Source: Planctomycetaceae bacterium
GTDB lineage: Bacteria; Planctomycetota; Planctomycetia; Planctomycetales; Planctomycetaceae
Reading direction: 5' to 3'
DNA length: 64,000 nucleotides
NCBI GenBank assembly: GCA_046075365.1
Contig: JBJTPZ010000271.1
Span: 811 to 64,810 of the forward strand
Under the pieces are notes generated by a model. The model made no database searches, had not been told where the DNA came from, and saw only the letters and a program-made list of their open reading frames with translations. The translations under genes were made by a program, and so were the position numbers. Position 1 is the stretch's first letter; each line of letters begins with the position of its first letter. This document shows, piece after piece, positions 1 through 8,344 of this stretch.

Positions 1-1
1 G

Positions 2-1408
2 TTCGTCGTTTACTGGATGACAGCCAGTCGCCGACTGTCCTTTAATTTTGCCCTCGACCGAGCACTGGAACACTGTCGTGCTCTGCAACGCCCGCTGCTG
101 ATCCTCGAACCGCTCCGCTGCGACTATCGCTGGGCCAGCCGACGCCTCCACGCCTTCGCAATCCAGGGCATGCGTGATAATGCCGCTGAAGCCCGCAAAC
201 ACGGTCATGCCTATGCCGCCTGGGTTGAAAGATCCCTGGGCGGAGGGACAGGGCTGATCCAGAAAATCGCTGCGGAATCCTGTGTGATTGTGACTGACGA
301 CTACCCCTGCTTCTTCCTGCCACAGATGGTCCGAGCCGTCGGTCGCCATCTGCCGGTGCTGCTGGAAGCTGTGGACTCCAACGGACTGCTGCCCATGCGA
401 GCAACCGATCAAATTTTCCCCACAGCCTACGCCTTCCGTCGTTTCCTGCAAAAACAACTCACACCGCACCTCAGCATCAGCCCGGAGACTGCCCCGCTCG
501 CAGATCCAGGTGTGCCCCGCCTGCCGTCGCTGCCCGCGATGCTCAGCCAGACGCCCGGACTCTGCACCGATGAAGAACTGGCCGACCCGGCCGCCTGGCT
601 CGATGCCATTCCCATCGATCAGTCGGTCCTCGAAACGCCCTCCTGTGGCGGAACTGCCGCGGCACGCCAGTGCCTGCACACTTTTCTGACTCGCAGGCTC
701 AGCCGTTATGGCGAGGAACGAAACGAACCCGATGCTGACGTCGCCAGCGGATTGTCACCCTGGCTGCACTTCGGCCATATTTCCGTACATGAAGTCTTTC
801 AGCAACTGGCGGATCGCGAGAGATGGAATCCAGGACTGCTCGCTGACCCCCGACAGACTCGCGGCAGCCGCAATGGCTGGTGGGGTATGTCCGAGTCCGC
901 CGAATCGTTCCTCGATGAACTTGTGACGTGGCGCGAACTGGGATTCAATATGTGCTGGCAGGATCGTCGGTACGATCGCTGGGAGTCTTTGCCCGACTGG
1001 GCTCGAAAGACACTGCACGAGCATGCCGCCGATCGACGCCCTGAAACCTGGACCCACGAACAACTTGAAGCCGCCGGCACCGGCGACCGAATCTGGAATG
1101 CAGCACAGCGGCAACTGCTTCGCGAGGGCCGCATGCAGAACTACCTCCGCATGCTGTGGGGCAAGAAAGTTCTCGAATGGTCACCCCAGCCGCAGCAGGC
1201 ACTGAAATCTCTCATCGAACTCAACAATAAATACGCACTCGACGGGCGCGACCCCAACTCCTACTCCGGCATCTTCTGGGTCTTCGGGCGTTACGACCGG
1301 GCCTGGGGCCCCGAACGAAAAATCTTTGGAAAAATCCGTTACATGACCTCTGACAGTACAGCCAAAAAACTGGATCTGAAACGCTACCTGCAGACCTGGG
1401 GACGCTGA
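2..1408 (+). CDS. phr: Class II CPD photolyase (deoxyribodipyrimidine photo-lyase), 5' end cut by the window edge
   Basis: The frame is open from nt 2 (FVVYW-MTASRR), which resembles the VVYWM N-terminal motif of class II photolyases. C-terminal FAD-binding signature NNKYALDGRDPNSYSGIFWVFGRYDRAWGPERKIFGKIRYM. Confidence 0.85.
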   Translation, partial: FVVYWMTASRRLSFNFALDRALEHCRALQRPLLILEPLRCDYRWASRRLHAFAIQGMRDNAAEARKHGHAYAAWVERSLGGGTGLIQKIAAESCVIVTDDYPCFFLPQMVRAVGRHLPVLLEAVDSNGLLPMRATDQIFPTAYAFRRFLQKQLTPHLSISPETAPLADPGVPRLPSLPAMLSQTPGLCTDEELADPAAWLDAIPIDQSVLETPSCGGTAAARQCLHTFLTRRLSRYGEERNEPDADVASGLSPWLHFGHISVHEVFQQLADRERWNPGLLADPRQTRGSRNGWWGMSESAESFLDELVTWRELGFNMCWQDRRYDRWESLPDWARKTLHEHAADRRPETWTHEQLEAAGTGDRIWNAAQRQLLREGRMQNYLRMLWGKKVLEWSPQPQQALKSLIELNNKYALDGRDPNSYSGIFWVFGRYDRAWGPERKIFGKIRYMTSDSTAKKLDLKRYLQTWGR

Positions 1409-1499
1409 CGGCAACTGCTGCTGCCCGGCCGACTGCGGCAAAAACTGCCGCAGACACAACCCGCAGGAACTCCAATTCCGATTCCCCGCCCGATCTTGA

Positions 1500-2309
1500 G
1501 TGGAGTTTCAGAAATACGACCGCAGGATTCGAATCTGCGGTCCGCTCGCAGCGAATCTGACGATAACTCGGATACGGCTGTCTGCGGACAGCAGAAATTC
1601 CCCGGTTGTTCCTGAATGTGAGCCCACTGTGCGAGACTTCAGCGCTCTCTTGCCACCAAACACCGTGGCCTGCCTGAAACTGGCCAACGATGGCCGACGT
1701 TTCCCCTTTCGGCCACTCACCGCCGGACACTGCCTCATCGGCAGCGGGGCAGCCTGCGACCTCAGACTCGGAGAAACCGGAGTTCCCTCGCTGCACTCGT
1801 CAATCGAGCTCAATGGCAACTCAGCTCGCATCACACTGCTCGCATCAGCCCCGTCACTCTGCATCAACGGCCAGACTGTCAGCCATGCCGACCTGCGCGA
1901 CGGTGATCTGCTCGAAATCGGAGATTTCAGGGCCGTCTTCCACTTCTGCTCGCCCACGTTCGACTCCGCCTCCGGCACCGCCACACGCCCGGAAGAATCA
2001 ATCGTGCAACAGCAGCTGCTCGAACTGGCTGCCTCTGCAAGGTCCGCAGCCAGCGAATCAGATGCCACCGGGGCCGGCTCACAGTTCTGTGCTGAAGATC
2101 GCTCCGACGATGACGAACCCGATGCAGAAGATCTGATTCTTAGAATCGAAGTGCTGGATCGACGCATGGAAGATTCCGCTCGAGCCCTGAAAGAACTGGT
2201 CAGACAGCAGAGAATCGTCGCCGATGTGCTGCAGAGGATGGCGGTGCAGCTGGAACAGCTCGCCACCGGCGGCCACATTGGCATGCCGTCTCGCCGCGCC
2301 AGCGCCTGA
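1500..2309 (+). CDS. FHA domain protein with acidic linker and C-terminal coiled-coil-like tail
   Basis: FHA-like core: CLIGSGAACDLRLGETGVPSLHSSIELNGNSARITLLASAPSLCINGQTV...DGDLLEIGDFRAVFHF. The listed start is GTG. In-frame GTGs near 1626 and 1665 are alternatives, so the start is uncertain. Confidence 0.65.
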   Translation: MEFQKYDRRIRICGPLAANLTITRIRLSADSRNSPVVPECEPTVRDFSALLPPNTVACLKLANDGRRFPFRPLTAGHCLIGSGAACDLRLGETGVPSLHSSIELNGNSARITLLASAPSLCINGQTVSHADLRDGDLLEIGDFRAVFHFCSPTFDSASGTATRPEESIVQQQLLELAASARSAASESDATGAGSQFCAEDRSDDDEPDAEDLILRIEVLDRRMEDSARALKELVRQQRIVADVLQRMAVQLEQLATGGHIGMPSRRASA

Positions 2310-2438
2310 CACCCACGCCACGTTACAACTCGCACAGTGCACAAAAGAGCAGTGCACGAAATCTGAACAGACCCATCGGTCCGGAATTCCGGCCTGTGGT
2401 GTTTGAGTAAACCACAGTCGGCTCCGTGTCCGGGTCGA

Positions 2439-2468
2439 TTGACAGTCCGTTGTTCTGATGCCATATAT
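2439..2468 (+). promoter_or_regulatory. Putative sigma70-type promoter for the small cytochrome c gene
   Basis: TTGACA (2439-2444), a 17-nt spacer, then CATATA/ATATAT (2462-2468). It lies about 160 nt upstream of the 2626 start in a 317-nt non-coding gap. Confidence 0.3.
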
Positions 2469-2625
2469 GACGCAGGCTGAGGCAATTCTGGCAGTATTCC
2501 GTTGATTCTTCGACAGATCTGACGAAGAGTTCTGTTGTCTGCTGTGCCTGCGGCTGACTGGCTGTCTTGTGGTAAGTTTTGAACTTCCGGTGATCTTGAC
2601 GTTTCGGGATGAAAGAGAGAGGGCG

Positions 2626-3000
2626 ATGAAGAACGTATTGAAGTTTGTGGCGGTCGCCGCTGTGGCCGCCGGCCTGTTTGTGACCAGCGGCTCCCAGGCT
2701 GTGGCTCGTCCTAAGTACAAGGACGTAATGAGCGCAACCTACGCTGAACTGGCCAAGAAGCACGGCACCGATGGCAAGCTGACCTGTGCGGTCTGCCATC
2801 CGGACAAGGACAAGAAAATTCGCAACAACTACGGCGCAGAATTTGGCAAGGCACTGACAAAGAAGAACGAATCTGACGAAGCGAAAATCAAGGAAGCTCT
2901 GACCAAGGCAGAAGCCGGCAAAAGCGCCACCGAAGGCAAGACCTTCGGTGACCTGATTAAGGCCACTGAGCTGCCGGGTACCGCCGAAGCTGCCAAGTGA
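2626..3000 (+). CDS. Small secreted c-type cytochrome-like protein (single CxxCH)
   Basis: Signal peptide MKNVLKFVAVAAVAAGLFVTSGSQAVA and heme-binding motif C-A-V-C-H (KLTCAVCHPDKDKK). Lys/Glu-rich C-terminal half. Purine-rich stretch GAAAGAGAGAGGG just upstream. I prefer the internal Met over the 2569 ORF start. Confidence 0.6.
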   Translation: MKNVLKFVAVAAVAAGLFVTSGSQAVARPKYKDVMSATYAELAKKHGTDGKLTCAVCHPDKDKKIRNNYGAEFGKALTKKNESDEAKIKEALTKAEAGKSATEGKTFGDLIKATELPGTAEAAK

Positions 3001-3028
3001 TTGGTTGCTGCTGACCGGTGTAAATCGA

Positions 3029-3056
3029 GGGGGCTGATTGCATCAGCCCCCTTTCT
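3029..3056 (+). terminator. Rho-independent terminator after the cytochrome c gene
   Basis: Perfect 9-bp GC-rich stem GGGGGCTGA / TCAGCCCCC with loop TTGCA, followed by TTTCTC. Confidence 0.7.
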
Positions 3057-3340
3057 CATCCAGGAATTGCAAAAAAACCGGCTTTTGCACAACTTTTCTC
3101 GATTGAACGCCGATACCCGCCCTGATATTCTGACCGGTTCGGGCGCAGCATCAACTGCACCATTTGCATCTGCAGCGTGCAGGTGGCCCGATTAATTGCT
3201 CGGTTTATTGCCCGGCTAACAGTCTGGTTCATGCCCTGCAAGCTGCCGTGTGTGTGACCTTTTGAGACTCTTTTTTGCGTCAGCGTTCAGGTTCCGATTG
3301 CCAGTCAATCCCAACCGCACGCGGGAAATCTTGAACAATC

Positions 3341-3640
3341 ATGAGCACTCTGAAAAAGAACAAGCGGATCAAGCGGGCTTCGCTCGCAGAACTTTACGGC
3401 GATCTCAAGCCCGGTCGTGGCAACAAGAAGACTGAACGCGGCAAAGCTAAGTACCTCGGCGGTAACGGTCGCAAGACGACTGGTATTTCCAAGCGAGTCT
3501 ACCGCAAAAATCTGAAACGCATTCAGGTGGTCGAAAACGGCGCGGTTGTATCGCGTCGCGTTCCGGTCAGCCTGATCCGCTCCGGTGCCATCACCAAGCC
3601 TCTGCAGCAGGACCCGTTTGCCCTGCCCGAGCACAACTAA
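3341..3640 (+). CDS. Hypothetical small, highly basic protein (99 aa)
   Basis: [48 protein letters not shown]... is rich in K and R. It is bracketed by the terminators at 3029 and 3707, so it appears monocistronic. I recognise no family. Confidence 0.55.
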   Translation: MSTLKKNKRIKRASLAELYGDLKPGRGNKKTERGKAKYLGGNGRKTTGISKRVYRKNLKRIQVVENGAVVSRRVPVSLIRSGAITKPLQQDPFALPEHN

Positions 3641-3706
3641 GCTGGCTGTCGCCGGCTGCAACAGAGCTTGTCAACCGGTTTCCGGATGTCTGGAATTCCG
3701 CTGCGC

Positions 3707-3738
3707 AAAACCCGTGACCTCAGGTTACGGGTTTTTTT
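3707..3738 (+). terminator. Rho-independent terminator after the small basic protein gene
   Basis: 13-bp stem AAAACCCGTGACC / GGTTACGGGTTTT (one G-U pair), loop TCA, then a run of 7 T. Confidence 0.8.
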
Positions 3739-3968
3739 ATTGCCCGCCTGCACTTCCAGCAGCGTTTTCCAGCCTTCGAAAAGTTTCAGCGATTCGGCAA
3801 ATCGCAGCGGGTGCGGGGCACGGTCTGGTTGATCTGACGTTCATGGAACCTAGGATGCTGCAGTAGTCGCAGTGCCGTTCGGATTCCTCCGCCACCAGCA
3901 CTGCCTGTTCCTGTCCTGCTGGCCTTGCCACCGGAATGCCGGCCTCACTTTCTTAGACTCAACGGACC

Positions 3969-5033
3969 ATGCCGACCGCCGAGCAACTGCAACTTTTGGT
4001 TTCGAACGTTGTTGAACCACTGACCCAGCGTTCACTCGGTGAACTGCGGATGGTGCGTGACGCATTTGTCAACGGAAACGATGCTCGCATTCGCATCGAG
4101 CTGCCGACCCCGGCATGGCCAAATCCAAAAGCCCTCGAAGAACTCGTGCGACAGCGCATACGCTTCGCCGCGCCAGACCTGCAGGTCAGAATCGAAGTCC
4201 ACTCGACTGTGCGTGGTAAAGATACAGGCGGACGCATTGGTCTCAACGTACACAATGTGATCGCAGTCGGCAGTGGCAAAGGCGGCGTTGGTAAAAGTAC
4301 TGTCGCTGCTTCACTTGCCTGCGGCCTGCATTCCTTCGGCTGCCGCGTCGGTCTGATGGATGCTGATGTCTACGGCCCAAGTATTCCGCATATGATGCAC
4401 GCTGGCGGCCGCCCGGCTGCAAATGAAGTGACCGACAGCGAGGGCAATCGCATGATGCGAATGGACCCTGTTGACGCCGGCGGTGTCAAGCTCATGTCCA
4501 TGGGATTCTTCATCGAACAGGGACAGTCGGTCGTGTGGCGCGGCCCAATGCTGCACAAAGCACTGACGCAGTTTCTGAAAGACACTGACTGGGGCGAACT
4601 GGATTATCTCATCATCGACCTGCCGCCTGGAACCGGTGACGTGGCATTAACACTGGCTCAGCAGGTCGGACTTGCTGGTGCCGTTGTGGTCTGTACGCCA
4701 CAGCAGGTTGCACTGCTGGACGCCATCAAGGCCGTTGACATGTACCAAAAGGTCAGTGTTCCGATTCTTGGCTTCATCGAAAATATGACCGGGGATATCT
4801 TCGGCCGGGGTGGAGTGCAGAAGGTGGCGGCAGAGATGAAAATCCCGTTCCTTGGGGAAATTCCGCTGAAAGCCTGTATTCGTGAATACGCAGATCGCGG
4901 ACAACTGATGCAGATGCTTCAGGAAGAAAACCCGGCTCGAGAAGACCTGCGCACCGTCTGTCAGAACGTGGCCGTTCAGATCTTCAAAGAATTGATTCGC
5001 TCACCCGCCGGACCAGTCCTCGAAATTCTCTGA
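3969..5033 (+). CDS. apbC: Mrp/NBP35/ApbC-family Fe-S cluster carrier ATPase
   Basis: Deviant Walker A in VIAVGSGKGGVGKSTVAASLA. Also MDADVYGPSIP and LIIDLPPGTGD, a CxxC-type region (VVCTPQQVAL), and an N-terminal DUF59-like segment. Confidence 0.9.
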   Translation: MPTAEQLQLLVSNVVEPLTQRSLGELRMVRDAFVNGNDARIRIELPTPAWPNPKALEELVRQRIRFAAPDLQVRIEVHSTVRGKDTGGRIGLNVHNVIAVGSGKGGVGKSTVAASLACGLHSFGCRVGLMDADVYGPSIPHMMHAGGRPAANEVTDSEGNRMMRMDPVDAGGVKLMSMGFFIEQGQSVVWRGPMLHKALTQFLKDTDWGELDYLIIDLPPGTGDVALTLAQQVGLAGAVVVCTPQQVALLDAIKAVDMYQKVSVPILGFIENMTGDIFGRGGVQKVAAEMKIPFLGEIPLKACIREYADRGQLMQMLQEENPAREDLRTVCQNVAVQIFKELIRSPAGPVLEIL

Positions 5034-5074
5034 CTGTTGCCGCAGGCCGGAAAGTCAGCAAACAGGAACACAAG

Positions 5075-6784
5075 ATGGGACTGTCGCTCGAGGAGATCTT
5101 TGAAGAATTTTCTGACCTGGACCGCGAGGACCAGTCGAAGTACCTGCTGGAACTGGGTGACGATTTACCCCTGTTCCCGCCCGCCCTGCGCACCGATGCC
5201 AACCGCGTTTATGGCTGCCAAAGCCAGGTCTGGCTTTCAGCAGACGTCTCAGGCAGCGGCGACGGTGCGGTCATTCGGATTGTGGCGGACAGTGATTCCA
5301 ACATTGTCCGAGGTTTGATTGCTATTCTGCAGTCGGCCTACGACGGTATGACTGCCGCCGAGATTCTGAGTTTTGACATTCAGGCCGTTTTTCGGCAACT
5401 CAACCTCCAGCAGCACATCTCACCGCAGCGCCGTAACGGACTTCGCGGCATGGTGGAACGTATCCAGCTGCTGGCACAACGATACGCAGTGACGGCAAAC
5501 ATGCCAAACACTGCCATCGACAGCGAACACAGCCCCGCGCTGCCTCTCTGTCCGGCTCCAAAATTCGACGCACTGCAAATTCGCCGTCAGTTTCCTGTAC
5601 TCAACAGACCGCTGGGTGACGGACGGTTCCCTGTTTTTCTGGACAGCGGAGCATCTGCTCAAAAGCCGGCGTGTGTCATCGAGAAGGAACGTGAAGTCGA
5701 GGAGCAGTATTACGCGAATGCGCACCGAGGAACGTACCAGTTTGGAGTACGCATCGACGAAGAGTACGAAGCCACCCGAGAAATCACCGCAAAGTTCATC
5801 GGCGCTCGTTCTGCAGATGAGATCGTCTTCACATCCGGAACCACGGCAGGATTGAATCTGATTGCTTCCGGCTGGGCTGCCCCCCGTCTGCAGCCCGGGG
5901 ATGAAATACTGACCACCGTCATGGAACATCACGCGAACTTTGTCCCCTGGCAGCAGGTTGCTCTGCGCACAGGAGCAAAGCTGAAACTTATACCGCTGAC
6001 CGCTGACGGAAGGCTGGACTCTTCAGCCTTTGATTCCGTGTTCACCGAACGCACACGAATCGTGGCTGTCACCGCAATGTCGAATATGCTCGGAACAATC
6101 AACCCGATCCGGGAAATAGCCCGTCGCTGCCGCCAGCTCAATGCCTGCCTCGTCGTTGATGGCGCTCAAAGTGTGCCGCATCTCCCCACAAATGTCTCCG
6201 CCGATGACATCGACTTTCTGGTCTTCAGCGGGCATAAAGTGTATGGCCCCACAGGTGTTGGTGTGCTTTACGGACGTTCCTCAAGACTTGAAGAAATGGA
6301 GCCGGTGACGTTCGGTGGTCACATGATTTCTGAAGTGACGATCGAACGATCCGCATGGTCACGACCACCCGCAAAATTTGAGGCCGGCACCATGCCCATT
6401 GTGCAGGTAATCGGACTGGGAGCTGCTATCCGCTGGCTGCAGCAACTGGATCCGGCTGCCGTGCACCAGCATGAAGAACAATTGACTCGACAACTGTTCG
6501 AAGGTCTCAGGGATATCCCGGGTCTGCAGATCTTCGGACCGGCACCCGAACACCGGGGAGCCATCGTCAGCTTTCGCATCAACGGCATTCACCCCGAAGA
6601 TCTGGCCGCCATCCTTGATACGCATGGTGTCTTTACCCGGCATGGCCATCACTGCACCATGCCGCTGCACAGCTACCTGAACATCTCAGGATCCACGCGG
6701 GTAAGCTTCGGCGTCTACAACACAGCCGCTGACGTGCAGGCATTTCTGCGGGCTCTGCAGCAAGCACGCCAGCAACTGCTCTGA
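5075..6784 (+). CDS. sufS: Fused SufE-like sulfur acceptor plus SufS-type (group II) cysteine desulfurase
   Basis: The N-terminal ~140 aa are SufE-like with the acceptor Cys in VYGCQSQVWL. The C-terminal ~410 aa are SufS-like: ANAHRGTYQF, PLP-Lys in FSGHKVYGPTGVGVLYG, catalytic Cys in RHGHHCTMPL. Confidence 0.9.
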   Translation: MGLSLEEIFEEFSDLDREDQSKYLLELGDDLPLFPPALRTDANRVYGCQSQVWLSADVSGSGDGAVIRIVADSDSNIVRGLIAILQSAYDGMTAAEILSFDIQAVFRQLNLQQHISPQRRNGLRGMVERIQLLAQRYAVTANMPNTAIDSEHSPALPLCPAPKFDALQIRRQFPVLNRPLGDGRFPVFLDSGASAQKPACVIEKEREVEEQYYANAHRGTYQFGVRIDEEYEATREITAKFIGARSADEIVFTSGTTAGLNLIASGWAAPRLQPGDEILTTVMEHHANFVPWQQVALRTGAKLKLIPLTADGRLDSSAFDSVFTERTRIVAVTAMSNMLGTINPIREIARRCRQLNACLVVDGAQSVPHLPTNVSADDIDFLVFSGHKVYGPTGVGVLYGRSSRLEEMEPVTFGGHMISEVTIERSAWSRPPAKFEAGTMPIVQVIGLGAAIRWLQQLDPAAVHQHEEQLTRQLFEGLRDIPGLQIFGPAPEHRGAIVSFRINGIHPEDLAAILDTHGVFTRHGHHCTMPLHSYLNISGSTRVSFGVYNTAADVQAFLRALQQARQQLL

Positions 6785-6805
6785 AACAAACGCCACCGCC
6801 GCCAG

Positions 6806-8137
6806 TTACACCTCCGCAACTTCGAAACCACTGCGATAGGACTTTGTCAGCAGCTTGTCGGCAGCGGGCGAATCCGTTCTCAATTTCTCAGCCTGCCACT
6901 GAATCTTTTGCCCCGGCAGCCGGGCTGCAATATTCCCCAGCTGCACAGTCTCGGTCAGTGGACCGGCATAGTCAAAACCATCGGTGGTCTTCTGACCCGC
7001 CAAAATTGCATCCACCCAGCTGTGCCAGTGATTTGCCCCTGCAACATCCGGCAGTTTGTAGTTCGCAAATTTATCCATGGGGTAAAGCTGCGGCATACCC
7101 ACATGCGGCAGCACCATGGTGCCACCTTCACCAATAAACAGCGATCCAGCATTTGGCAACTGCCGATCTGCCGGCATCCCCGCCAGCTCCACGGGTGGCT
7201 TCAGCCCACCATCTCGCCAGATCACTCGAATTCCACCCGTTGTGTATTTCGTTCCGGAAAATTCCCAGGTCACAGTCTCTGGACCGGGCCACACTTCAGC
7301 CGTCGTGCCCGAGTTTTCAGCCTGAATACTGATGGGGTGGCGGATACCAAGTGCCGTGAATACCGGATCCAGAATATGACAGCCGAAGTCTCCCAAAGCC
7401 CCTGAGCCAAAGTCCTGCCAGTCTCGCCACTTGAACGGATGATACACCTCAGCTGCGAATGGACGTTCCGGAGCGGCCCCCAGCCAGAGATCCCAGTTGA
7501 CAGTTGCGGGAACATCAGCCGGAGCAGGGCGATCTGTCCGCTGGCAGTATTGTCGTCCCTGAACTCCAACCCATGAATGTACCTCCTTGATGCGCCCAAT
7601 CGCCCCGTCCTGAATCAGCCGCACACCCAGCCGATATTCCTTCGCCGAATGAATCTGATTACCCATTTGGGTCGTCACGCCGGCCTTTTCAGCCAGTCGC
7701 GTCAGTTGACGCGCTTCCCAGACCGTGTGCGTCAGCGGTTTTTGACAATAAACGTGCTTGCCCAGCTTCATCGCAGCCATCGCCACAGGTGCATGCATGT
7801 GATCAGGAGTCGAAACGATAACTGCATCCACTGTGCTCCCAAGCTGCTGCAGCATCTCGCGATAGTCGGCCCAGTGCTTCACATTGGGATAGGCAGCGTC
7901 GGCTTTGTCAAAACGGGCAGCATCAATGTCACAGAAACCCACAAACTTCACCGCGGAATGTGTCCCGATACTGTTCAGGTCAGCCCAGCCCATGCCGTTG
8001 ACGCCCACCGCAGCAACATTGAGCTGCTTCTGACGGTTTCCCGCGTGCAGCACTGCTGGCAGACCAGAAACACCGACCAGCGCTGCAGACTGCTGCAGAA
8101 ATTTCCGACGGTTTGTTGACTGCGAAGACTTGGCCAT
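6806..8137 (-). CDS. TAT-exported Gfo/Idh/MocA-family oxidoreductase
   Basis: Twin-arginine signal MAKSSQSTNRRKFLQQSAALVG and Rossmann start LNVAAVGVNGMGWADL. Also STPDHMHA and typical C-terminal alpha/beta domain motifs. AGGAAG lies about 8 nt upstream of ATG 8137, which I prefer over the 8245 ORF start. Confidence 0.85.
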   Translation of the reverse strand: MAKSSQSTNRRKFLQQSAALVGVSGLPAVLHAGNRQKQLNVAAVGVNGMGWADLNSIGTHSAVKFVGFCDIDAARFDKADAAYPNVKHWADYREMLQQLGSTVDAVIVSTPDHMHAPVAMAAMKLGKHVYCQKPLTHTVWEARQLTRLAEKAGVTTQMGNQIHSAKEYRLGVRLIQDGAIGRIKEVHSWVGVQGRQYCQRTDRPAPADVPATVNWDLWLGAAPERPFAAEVYHPFKWRDWQDFGSGALGDFGCHILDPVFTALGIRHPISIQAENSGTTAEVWPGPETVTWEFSGTKYTTGGIRVIWRDGGLKPPVELAGMPADRQLPNAGSLFIGEGGTMVLPHVGMPQLYPMDKFANYKLPDVAGANHWHSWVDAILAGQKTTDGFDYAGPLTETVQLGNIAARLPGQKIQWQAEKLRTDSPAADKLLTKSYRSGFEVAEV

Positions 8138-8281
8138 TGCCTGAACTTCCTGAATGGTGGGGTAAAAATGAGGCATTTCGGGGGATGTTACTCCCCGCGT
8201 GGATCTGCAATCTCTCCGGAATTCGAGCAAAACACAAGTCCACACCGGTCCCCGTCACACAGGCCCTGTCGTTGGGATGCC

Positions 8282-8312
8282 CTGAAATTCGCCGCAGAGT
8301 GGCAAATTTCAG
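8282..8312. promoter_or_regulatory. 31-bp near-perfect palindrome (candidate operator) in the divergent Gfo / PSCyt intergenic region
   Basis: CTGAAATTCGCC-gcagagt-GGCAAATTTCAG. Arms match 11/12 with a 7-nt spacer and no following T-tract. It sits just upstream of an extended -10-like element. Confidence 0.35.
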
Positions 8313-8320
8313 CCGGATAC

Positions 8321-8329
8321 TGATACAAT
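8321..8329 (+). promoter_or_regulatory. Extended -10-like element (TGaTACAAT)
   Basis: TGATACAAT lies 16 nt upstream of ATG 8345. If used, the mRNA is almost leaderless for the 8345 start or has a ~70-nt leader for the alternative ATG 8405. Confidence 0.3.
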
Positions 8330-8344
8330 TTCGCCTCGAGATTC

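Noticed and set aside
1433-1453. A hairpin, CTGCGGCA-aaaac-TGCCGCAG, after the photolyase gene.
   Set aside because: It is an 8-bp stem with no downstream T-tract, so the evidence is too weak to call a terminator.
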